DNA from: Tubiluchus corallicola
Taxonomy: Eukaryota > Animalia > Priapulida
DNA: 64,000 nt
Assembly (NCBI GenBank): GCA_030141605.1
Contig: JAQGDQ010002374.1
Coordinates: forward strand, 186,001-250,000
Reading direction: 5' to 3'
Position 1 is the first letter of the stretch, and every line of letters starts with the position of its first letter. Positions 40,801 to 50,621 of the stretch are shown here, piece after piece. The notes beneath the pieces were generated by a model. It made no database searches and was not told where the DNA came from. It worked only from the letters and a program-made list of their open reading frames with translations. A program made the position numbers and the translations under genes.

Positions 40801-43800
40801 TGATAGCGATGTATCTATCAATTGTCATCAGAACTTCCATGATCAAGCATTCTGTGAGCAGTCCACACACAACAATACCATTCACTGCACAATGCAGAGC
40901 ACTAAAGTCGGTAACATAATGCCGCACTATCAACATATGAATGTTGTACAAAGAAAGTAAGGCACTCGAAATTGCAAAATTTGCCAGGAAAAGATTGGCC
41001 GCTGTTCTGAGAAAATTTTTTACCATAATCAGTGCTACAACGCATACATCTAACCCAATGAGAATGGTCATTAAAAGCATAAAAACAGTAAAATATACTA
41101 CAGTTAATATTGAACTGAGCTTGTCAGCATCAATATCAGTCACATTCAAGCTGGTCAGGTTCATAATAATTAGTGAACTATTTGCTTGGTCACCACTAAG
41201 GAATGAGAAGTTTTACAAAATTGTCTTAGACGACTCAACAGAAAGCGACCAACAACATATCGCTTTAGCATCTCATCAAACTACGATCGTAAAAGCCAGT
41301 GCGCAAGCATATTATTATTAGACATCCCTTGCCACAGAGGTCAAAGGAAGGACATTTTGGGGGCTTGGAAAAGTTATATGTGATAAAAGGGAATAATCTA
41401 ACACTGTTAGTGACTTTCAGCTTTATAATCTTAAATTTCCAAAAAAAATTCATCTGCGGACTGAAAACTAATGAAATTTTTAGACAACTGATATATTTGA
41501 TACACGTTGCTCGAAGGTCTTCGCTATAAATTAAAATGTTTTCAGACTATCATTTTCACAGTGTTGCACAAGTTAATATATTACAAACATTCTACAAGGG
41601 CTTTTCAAGAGACGCTTCATGAAAGCAAGTGTTAATATGCTATATTTTGTACAAAATATTCCATACACTTACCTTATTTATAATTCGACTCATTCTTAGT
41701 TCAGTAGTACTTTCTGAATCAGATACATCTGGATATGGTGTACTACCTCGTGTGGGAGACGAATACAGACGTTTAGCCTATATATGGTGGAAATGCATTT
41801 TAATGATTTTTCTAACAACACATCCAACAAACAAAATAATTCATAGTTTTATCTCTTTAAATTTTCTATTATAGCTTATAAAATGTCTACAAATAAATAA
41901 AGGCCAATTATAAAGGCCAATAAACGGGCACTTAAAAACATTTATAGTTAAAAACAACATAACTTTACTAAAGCTTTTTTACTTCACATTGTTGTATCTC
42001 GGCATTTCGTCTAGCACTGGCAAAAAATTAAAAAATTCTCCTCAGTCCAGCACTTATGACCATATTTGTGCCTCTGGCCACAAAGCTGATTTTAATAATT
42101 TCAGCACTGCGACCAGAAGTACAAATAGCTAGGACTTATTAATAAAAGGAAGTTTATCTGTGTACCCTTATAAGCCTTCTCTTAATGCACAAATACTTAG
42201 CTATTTGTTACTATATCGATTTCTTTGCTTCAGGTCTGCTTAATCATTACCTATTTGCCAGGTAACTACTGTTAACTACTTAATTAGTGCATAATAGGCT
42301 CTACCTATATAAACTGGTTGTATGTTTGTAAAATTTGCCACTAATGATGACAGCTGTAGTTTGTCGAAACGTTGGCATGATTTTAACTATGTATAGTAAA
42401 AGTTTTAATAAATTGTGTTGTTTTTCATCTACAAATATGGGCCTACTTCATAATGTACAGAAAATGCATAATCTCAAAACTATCACAGCAAGCATTGCAA
42501 TATTAACAAAAAGTACTCCAAAATGTAATTAAGCAAACTACGAGTAGATAGTAATTACATTCCAACAGAACACCATTAATGACAACTTCTACCAAATGCA
42601 ATGAATAAAGGAATCTATACCTCCTCGAGTATCTGTCTGCATACTGTGTGCACGTGTTCTTCTGAAACTGATTCATCACCATTGTTTTTCTTAATATTCT
42701 CTATACATGGATTAAAATATTTCTGAAATGAAAATTGAAGTGAGAATTACATATTGTGCTACCCTTCATAAAGGGTGGTGCACGACCTTCGGCTAGGGGA
42801 GTACACCAATAATGAGTAGTAGAACAAAATGATGGCTAGTCTATCTTGCCATCAAAACTTGAAGTGGATGCCTTATACAAGACTCGCACAAAACGCAAGC
42901 TTGAGGGTATGATCAGAGCAGTGACTCAAAGAAGTCAAGATCTTCCAACACATCTTGCAGATGGTTCACAAGCTTATCTGTTGAATACTGACCAAAGGCA
43001 TGCTTTCCATCATCTTAGCACCCCTCTGCATTTGGTGTGTTTGGCAGGGCAGAGGTTCGGTGAATTTCCAAGCCATTCAATTCAATCGAAAAAACTAATT
43101 CCAGAGAATTTATGTCACTGCTTCTATCATAACTTTCAAGATTGCAGGCATTGCAAGACGTATGAGGATTCCACACCAGCAATTGTTTGAACAATGCTCT
43201 GATGTAATAAACTGTTCTGTGCAATAATTGTTGTTTTTGTACCCCTAGCAAAATGTTATGTACAACCCGGCATAAGTGGCCAATTACAAAATTTAAAAAA
43301 AATATCGCCACCAAAAGGTAAACCCATCCAAAGCCACAGATTGGTATAAACTGAATCTTAGACTACGTTATTTACCAACAAAGCGTGCTAAGGATAAATG
43401 AAGCTAATAGCACAGATTAAAGCGCAAACAATTCGCAGCTCATTACAAATACAAAGTAAGTGTTTTGTAGTTATCATGGTAGCATCTACTGGTGTGCGTA
43501 AATAAATTGAAGACATCTTTGCGTAAAAGTGAATGCTGACTGAGAGATGCAGTTAAGATTCACAGTATCTTCAAAATGGTAATCATAGAATGATGTGAAG
43601 AATAGAGCTATCTAATTTCATTTGGTGCTGTAATGATGTTTGGTTTTAATGCATTACAAATAGTCAAAAATTACAGAAGAAACAAAAAGTGCATAACAGT
43701 GTATATTTTCCTCCTATAAATGAGCCTATAAATTTGAAGTTATCACTTGAGTTAAAACAATTTCTTAATATTTACATGTTTCATAGTCATGGTTTTTCAC

Positions 43801-46800
43801 TTGCCGACATTAGTTTTGTGAGTATGTAATGAACATAAAAAGATAATAAATTTTGCCATTTTTACAAACTTCCATTTTGAACAGGTTATTGGCGACCTTA
43901 AGAGATGAATTTCAATTTATTCTATCACCAAAGAACAACATTTGCATATTCTGAGAGTTTCCAAAAGATCACTATCATCTAATTAAAAGATTGTTCATAA
44001 AACTTACATCTAAGTACGATTGTATCAACTCATCAATGTCTTTATTTATTTTCTTCTGCAAATTCTGTCGTAGTAAATCAAGCGACTTTGCTGTACTTGT
44101 GACGCAGCCAAATCTGTAAATGAATGAGTTAAGTGATAAGAAGCAGTGCCATTCACATAATAGTGTATAACATTACAAAGAAGAAACTGCCGTCATATGC
44201 TCCAACATCTCAGCTCTCACAGTTTTACTGTGAGTTTCACGATTTTAACTCATTTCTTATGGGCTTCATAGTACACCTTGGCTTTCTCAAGGTAAACAAA
44301 AAGATCGGTAAATTTCGACTTTAGTGAATAAAACTAAAAAAGAGCGCTGCCACATCCCAACTGCCTCTTTAGTAAGCCTATTTTGCATGGAAAACAATTA
44401 TATTCTGCTGTTCCAAATTAGCGAACCACGAGCCGGTTTCACAAAGCCGTCACTAAGTTAACGCCATTGTTAGTACAATCACTAAACTGATAATAAATAA
44501 TGTTGTTAACTTAGTGATGGCTTCAGGAAGCTGAGCTTTTAAGCTTTTTAAGGAATCTCTAGTTTTTTTTTACTTTTTTTGAAAAATCTCCAGATATACT
44601 GTCTCCTGAAGTTGATAGGTCTGTGTGTTTATCATACTGAAATTAAAACAGTATCACCATTTTCTTTTACAACTTTTCTTTTGCATTGTTATAACTGTCA
44701 CACGCTTCCTTCACTACACTAAATTTTAGCTAAATTTAAAAACATTTATTCAATTGAAAAAAATATTATCATTTTTAATCACAAAAGTAACAGGGATAGA
44801 ACGAGATAAGGAATAGGGATCAAGACAGGACGAGTAATTTGGGGTTTAAGAAAAATCCGAGTGACCATAGTGACCCCAATCCCGAACATTCCTAATTGCT
44901 AGCCTGCACGTCGAACAGTACTTCAGAAGCGAGTCGCTCAAGGCATGTTTTTGGTATTCAATCGAAAGAGTTTTTCTATTGTACAACATGGCACCTACTA
45001 TTTGCCATACAACAGAACACAGAATTTGCAATCAGATGTGGCACATCATTGTTGGCTAATTTTTACTAATCTAGCAATCTCGCTGTGAGCACACAAAGTA
45101 CAAAAATCTATGGTAATCAATATAACACAAAGGTGTACAGTCTGACATGGTACATTACTTTCATGTATAATAATAATAACAACAACAACAAAATAATTAT
45201 AATAATATTAATGGACATAATTGGTGGTTAGCTCTACCACGTTATTAAAAAAATATTTTTAGAAAATATTTAGTTTTGGTATACAATATGGATTCAAGGT
45301 GCAAGGTGTTACTTTTTAATGATCATATTTCCAGGCAAGAAGAGAATCTTACTTTGCTCTATGCATAGCCATCAGTTGTGACCTGCTGTTTGTCTTGTTT
45401 GCCATAGCTGATGCAGGAAAATTATGTAAGTTTTGCAACCTCATACTCACTGGAATAATCTGTTAAAATAATCAAATTATGTAAACACATAAAAACTAAA
45501 AATACAAATAAGCTAAGAAAGAAATGTTTGAATATGTTTTTAACTGTCTAAGAGCAATTTAGATAACATCACTACACAAACTGGATGTCAAAGCAAATCA
45601 AACATGGGTTTTACATGAAAACGTATCCATATCTAAGTCCAAGTGTTCGCTATTGTGCGAAAATATGTAACACCTAATTAGCAACGATCACGGCTCCTCG
45701 ACTTCAGAACATCCTTGCCACATTCAGGTGTTAAACAGGTTAGTATCACGCTATGTTAGGCAACAGGAATATTCATTAGGGTAGATAAGCACTAAGATTT
45801 GCATTACTTAAAATGCTACAAAACTGCCAAAACACGTTAAATCACCATAGATGCTCAAACAGGTCAGCAGTGGGAAAACATGCAAGTAAACATTTTTGGA
45901 CATTTTGCAAGATCTGGACATAATTAACGTTTTAGACAGTAGAAGACAAAGGAATCAAAAACTGTTTGTTAAAGGGGCTGGCCGGTTAAGAGAGTGTTAT
46001 TGAAAAGACGTGATAACACTGTTGCACGAAACGGAAAAACATGACGCACTGATATATGAAGGAAAAAACAAACAAACTTAATTAGTAACGTGAAAGTACT
46101 CTGCGTTATTGTCTACTGCGCACCTAATAGTCACCCCGGTGCATTATGCAACACCTCAGCAGTGTTCTCAGCCACCGCAAAAGCTTATTGCCTGTGAACG
46201 AAAATGCCACTTTTGTTATTAGTTAATAGTTTAGTGGCCGAACTCAACCAGCTACATTTTCACATTAAAGCCATAATAAAGTTTCAGCATAATTACCACA
46301 AATAATCTTTTTAAAGAATTTAAAATATTAACTGTTACCATGGCAACATCCTCAGGTTCCTCATCTTCATTCCCACCAGGTGCGATATTTCCAGAAACAA
46401 GCCCAGGTAACATGTCATCAGGCCCGACTCTAGGATATTGACAATCTTCCTGAACGCTGTATAAATGATTGATTTTAAATTATAAGCAGTTAGAAAAAAC
46501 ACTAATTTAATATGTATTCAAATCACTTTATTAAACTTTATAATTAATGTAATTTAATTATAGATTTGTTTGTTCTTGTTGTAATTGTATTAAGAAAATT
46601 TAACGAAATGATGCATATACATGATACTGCGAAATGATGCATAAACATAAAACTGTACAAACACACGTATACACTTTCGAAATTTCTTTCCCCTGCAACA
46701 GGAAAATGAAAAATTTTGCAATAGTGAAAAAGTAAGAACTAACTAACGAATCAAGGACCATTTTTGTTGTGTAAAACCAACAGTGTTTCAGCAGTGTTGA

Positions 46801-48713
46801 AACATATGATAATTATTGCCTACAGTGCCAGAAATAAAAACAAGTTTGTAACTTAAAACCTAATGTAAGACCTAAAAAGAATCATAAACAAACGTAGGCA
46901 AAAATAGATGCATTTCTCTGAACACATTTTAAATGTCTTGATTACACAGTCCTCATATATTAGATCAAAAAAGCTGAAAAAATGATTTTTAACAAAAGCA
47001 CGAGGAGACAAAACTTATTGTTATTAAGAATGACATAGAAATACATTTATTTTTCAAAGACACAATAAAATTTATACTAACACACCACAAGTGCTTTAGA
47101 AACGTGCTTGCAGCTCCCGTGATATAGGCCTATACCACAAGCAAAATGCAAAACTAATCAGAACTTAATTAACACACTAATTACATTGTGGTAGTTGCTG
47201 TTATGTTTGTACTTGTGTGTTCTTCAACAAGTGGTTATATTTTTCATTTTCCAGCGACATTTTCTGAGGTAATAAAGTAAGTCTGTTACTATTACATCTC
47301 AAACATGCAAGTGAAAACTTTCAATACTGGTGTGTTTACCAAATCAAGAACATAACGGGTTATAGCATCTGTGGTTTAGGATTATCACGATGTATCTAGT
47401 TACCAGTAAGTGACACAAGTACTGTTACGTTTATTGATTATCTGTAATTAGAGAATAAGCAAGAGCATAATATATCGAATGTACCATGAAGTACAATGAA
47501 CTCTTAAACTGTGACTACTACACTCTCTTTTTTACAATATCGTTGACGTTTTTTAGTTTTTCTATGTGAGTGTGTACGTTATTATAATCAAAGAGACTTG
47601 TTGTTATGCAACATTGTCTAGCATACTGGCTTATCTAATTTCAAGTTAGTAGATATATTGTCGTGTGAAGATGCTGACCAAAAATATTTTGATTTTGGTG
47701 CGATAATTAAAGACCTTTGTTCTTTTAAGGATAACACTGAACATTTAAACAAACAGGCACCATTACAGTGCCCAAGTTTGGTTAATGTTAGAGTCACATC
47801 GCTGTTAACTCCTTTTCAGTTTTTGTGAGAAAATTTTCCAATGTGACAAACAACTCTTCTCGTGTTGTTTGAAGCATATGCGTGAACATTTTGTGGATCA
47901 GACTTTGATGCAAGATGTGAATGTGGATCAACAGTTTATTTGTTGATCGCATATTGATTGCATTATTTGTTGATCGCATAATTTAAAATACCTTTCTGTG
48001 TCAGGTAATGACCTAGCAGCCAGACCACTATACCCTCCAGGTGGAGCCTGTCCCCTGGGTGCTCCCGGTCCCACAGGAGCTCCAGGAATTCCTAGACCTG
48101 AAAACTCTGGTTGCACAACTGGCATGTCTTCTTGAAAACGACGTTGACCTGTATAATGTGATAATTCTTGCAAATTCCGTAGAAGTTCCCTAAAGAATTA
48201 AAAACTATAATGTAATTTATTATTTCTAGTTAATATAAATAAGTCATACTGGTAATGCCAATAATACCCAGCAAAGACAGCATGTTTTGCCTAACACTTG
48301 AATGAACATTTGTTAAATATTGTAAATGAGTGCCCATATGCAGTAATTAAAACTATTTAACGGATTTTTCAACTAAACTGCATCGAATCTGTTCTCCACA
48401 CAGACCCGTCAAATTACATCACTCTTCACACATTAATAATATACAGACATAAGTCTTTGTCCATCATTGTCAGCATAGACATGCACAAAGCTCCACTCAG
48501 TTAATGCAAAGATGAAGACGCGTGATGTTACATCAAAAAATGCCTGAGTACATTAAATTCATGAACAAAACGTGATCTTCAAAGTTCTCTTCTCCGAAGA
48601 CGGTATAGACCAGTACAGTATTTTGCAAAAGCAATTTTTCTTTTTATAAACTATAAACCAAAGATTAATACTTACGACCGTCTCTCCCCTGTCAGTTTCG
48701 CAAAAATTGACAT
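22851..48713 (-). CDS. DNTTIP1: Deoxynucleotidyltransferase terminal-interacting protein 1 (TdIF1, MiDAC subunit); 13 coding exons: 48713-48676, 48189-47992, 46456-46339, 45459-45353, 44113-44008, 42722-42621, 41777-41673, 37519-37439, 31481-31342, 30696-30636, 29901-29777, 24051-23898, 23072-22851
   Basis: Dimerisation region TSTAKSLDLLRQNLQKKINKDIDELIQSYLDKYFNPCIENIKKN..VCRQILEEAKRLY. C-terminal domain REGPKWDPERLTLETKFVMGAKANKALGLGATRGRLYIKHPDLFKYSGDSEDKVWL..MPATGGRAYLLIEEDI..FTVPEFMLLKMKLHMEALRT. All junctions are GT-AG and in phase. Confidence 0.93.
27096..29125 (+). CDS. Nested extracellular LRR protein 1 (signal peptide, LRRNT, ~9-10 LRRs, LRRCT). Exon 27096-28092 splices to either 28627-28775 (stop after LRRCT) or 28806-29125 (LRRCT + Thr/Glu-rich stalk + GPI-like tail)
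   Basis: Signal MKLVKLSVCVILSAWLPQITFS; LxxLxLxxNxL repeats; phase-1 donor A|gtaagt at 28092. Both acceptors give LDLSNNPLNC.CELAWL. AATAAA at 29213. Lies antisense in the DNTTIP1 intron 24052-29776. Confidence 0.9.
29246..29528. repeat. Tandem duplication of ~141 bp downstream of LRR gene 1
   Basis: 'aaatgaatagaaataaa.atgtgttgctgttctaac...gcagctatgatcaa' repeated with ~2 mismatches. Confidence 0.9.
32639..34895 (+). CDS. Nested extracellular LRR protein 2 (signal peptide, LRRNT, ~4 LRRs, LRRCT, GPI-like tail); exons 32639-33245 and 34630-34895
   Basis: Signal ..FLLVMSTLLLLCHA; Cys-rich CSQYSGCPKMTQCHC; LRRs; phase-1 splice LLLYG|NPFECDCRLRWLRE..CDSPKKLREKRVLDL..C; tail GSSGSISTLHSIIAVISVILPACLIK*. 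Antisense in the DNTTIP1 intron 31482-37438. Confidence 0.88.
34090..34509. mobile_element. PIF/Harbinger-like MITE in the intron of LRR gene 2, with an internal insertion bearing a (TTTACC)n tail on the - strand
   Basis: ~31-bp TIR ggggccatccaaatataacgatatcaagttt / aaacttgatatcgttatgtatggatggcccc; aaaggt repeats at ~34175-34210. Confidence 0.8.
37578..39635. mobile_element. Tc1/pogo-type MITE whose ends enclose a LINE 3' fragment
   Basis: TA|cagtaagcccttgcttaacgatg at 37578 and catcattaagcgaggattcactg|TA at 39635. Confidence 0.65.
37660..39010 (+). mobile_element. 5'-truncated, decayed CR1/L2-like LINE (RT C-terminal half plus zinc knuckle)
   Basis: RKQSVIING, GPLLFLIFI, MRLLTDDT (YADD-like), WLVTFNADKTE, HKHLGLIL, LYKSYIRPLLEYC..WDNC, FFPSGTEKWNKL, TEDVLHYLLICPIY; frameshifts and stops. 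Confidence 0.85.
40202..41164 (-). CDS. Intronless rhodopsin-class (class A) GPCR, 320 aa, nested in a DNTTIP1 intron on the same strand
   Basis: Seven hydrophobic segments, N-terminal NxT sites, NLFLANFA in TM2, TM3 Cys plus TIDRYIAIIYPLHY, W4.50, ECL2 Cys, NIILY followed by helix 8 and a palmitoylation-type Cys. Confidence 0.9.
   Translation of the reverse strand: MNLTSLNVTDIDADKLSSILTVVYFTVFMLLMTILIGLDVCVVALIMVKNFLRTAANLFLANFAISSALLSLYNIHMLIVRHYVTDFSALHCAVNGIVVCGLLTECLIMEVLMTIDRYIAIIYPLHYHHLSTNLNSTITIFVSWIYSFCIGIASSSWFTFLNNTEVKDVTKCVIARQVHPEFCLYFAAQYAIASSVIFFIYASVFKVVLQHKIQLANAVPDSHQNYLNLIERIKAAISVFATVGTSLLCFAAFFAHLGITCATELELKSLKQSADILINISALTNIILYFWKIKQLREFFLKLCGKRHNSIVATSSQNPC
41930..42440. 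mobile_element. Two inverted Penelope-like 3'/pseudo-LTR remnants; the + copy holds a degenerate minimal hammerhead motif (42336-42377)
   Basis: + strand: tgcca-ctaatga-t-gaca..tgtc-gaaa-cgt-tggca then aaaagttttaataaattgtgttgtttttc. A similar tract with cgaaa occurs on the - strand at ~41940-42015. Confidence 0.5.
42860..43330 (-). mobile_element. Decayed Tc1/mariner transposase C-terminal remnant
   Basis: - strand reads GISFFD*IEWLGNSPN (cf. WPxNSPDLNP) and later FESLL*SYP (cf. LLxSMPxRL); stops and frameshifts. Confidence 0.5.
44430..44537. mobile_element. ~100-bp foldback MITE, family B
   Basis: Inverted arms agccggtttcacaaagccgtcactaagttaac / gttaacttagtgatggcttcaggaagctgagct; a second copy in the opposite orientation is at 57448-57543. 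Confidence 0.75.
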
Positions 48714-50604
48714 TTGCTAGAAAAAAGCATTCACGAACATCATTTCCCCTTGTTTTTCATTTCCACGTCGTTTGTATAAGAAAGGCTCAGAAAGCTCGAA
48801 AGGTCAGTACGGCCACCTACTAGGAGGTAACATGTACAAAAATTAGTCTTAATACAATCGTTAGGTGGCAGCAGGCTACGCACAACATTAGCACGTGACC
48901 GCGAAAAGCAAAGCGGAGTTCTGAAAATTAATTTACACTTTTTTGCTCTTTTCACTGACTTTATGTGGTAATTTCTAATTACATATTGTAGACACACCCG
49001 ACTATTCATAAAACGTGGTTTATTGTTTTTATATAATGTGATTGCTGTAATTTATTTTTGATACGAGTGGGTTGAACAAGTTTTGTTAGTTGTCACTGTA
49101 CTGGAGACCTCCATTTTTTCACTTCAGTTCAAAAAGGGTATTCATCTCCAATACAAAGTTCATAAAGTAGTTACAGTAGATAGCGTACAGTAAAGTATAT
49201 AGAGATATCTACAATTATAGCTTGACGTTCTGCTGCTGCCACTTTTTCGTATACGACGCAGTACGTAATGACAAATTGCAGCATGTACAGGCGCACGGAA
49301 AAAATATTACCTCAAGGCTCAAGTAATAATTGTAGAGTCATTAACAAGAAACACTAGAACTGCACGGATTTAGCTAAAATAAACTATTTTATTGAAAACA
49401 GTAAAAAAGTTTCACAGCAACAAACTCATCAGCTTAATGAGGTAACATTATAGCTGACTACAACAGGGAAGCACGGTAAATGGTAATGCCTACATCACAA
49501 GGAAGATGTAACCAATGTGACAGAGGGGAGTGTTCGCACAGTTGAAGCCATAGTGCTCTCAGATAATTGTATTGTAACTTTGAGTATTAGGATGTGGAGC
49601 GTTTTGTTGTTTTTTTAGTACTAATGAGAGGAAAACATTTAAACTTTTTTCTCATTAAAATTTTGAGAATAAACATTTTAAGTAAAAAAAAAACACTACC
49701 AGAAGAACTGCCCCGCAGACTGTGTCCATTTGTCTATGAAAACTTCAGCCAGGTCACGTTTACATGTATAAAATGGAGCATTTAGTTTAGTCCCTCTAAA
49801 CATTTTCTGATTTTTGTAAACAATAAACAGTTTCACTTTAGCTTACTTCTGAAATGATGTCACATGCTACCAATAATGTGGTGACTGTATTAAGTATACT
49901 TGCTGCTGCCCGCCTACTCTTGTTTCTTCAACTTGCTTCTAAATCAAACTGATAAGCTAAGCCATGTGCAGCTACTCCAAGGTTCTCGCACTTATAATTT
50001 CCAACCTGGACAGTGCAATGTGAAGAAAATTCTTGTATAAATTGATTCATGAGTTTCACATTATGTGCCAAAACCGCAGTTTAATAAGGAGTGACTACGG
50101 ATGGATCAATGTTAGATTTAACATATCAGAAAAACAAAACAAACTCAAAGCGTGTTCCAAGTATTTCACCGTATGTGTAGTAACGTTTCTCATGGGTTGC
50201 TGTAACCGATACTAATCAATCGAGTCACGGTGATGATAAATAATCATAAATGCTAGAGTCACTATGTGCTGTGCTTTTCAAGCTAAATGATACAGATGAA
50301 AGTACATGTAATGACGATTTCGACGATTTTAACTAATTTGATGAGTAGTTACTGTGAGTAGAATTTGGTGAATTCGTTCCTATGACTCAAACAGTTACTT
50401 ACATCTCCCCTTCCCTAAATGCATAAATTTAACTCTTTTTGTTGTGTAAAAGGAATCATTTCTTTTGGCAAGTATCGTGTAAACGTTTAACAAACTTTAG
50501 GAATTAATAAACGCGACAGCCGTATTTGCGAGCAAATCGGTAGCTTCCTTAAAATTTATTTAAATTAAACAGTAGCAATATTAAGTTTTGCTTTCACATT
50601 TTAG
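48714..50604. promoter_or_regulatory. Divergent promoter region between DNTTIP1 and RanGAP1
   Basis: Head-to-head start codons (48713 -, 50622 +). CpG-richer stretch at 48760-48920 with CACGTG. An acceptor at 50604 implies an upstream non-coding RanGAP1 exon. Confidence 0.5.
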
Positions 50605-50621
50605 GAAACTTGTAAGCAGTT

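Noticed and set aside
40941-41321. 126-aa + strand ORF
   Set aside because: Antisense shadow of the GPCR; no recognisable motifs.
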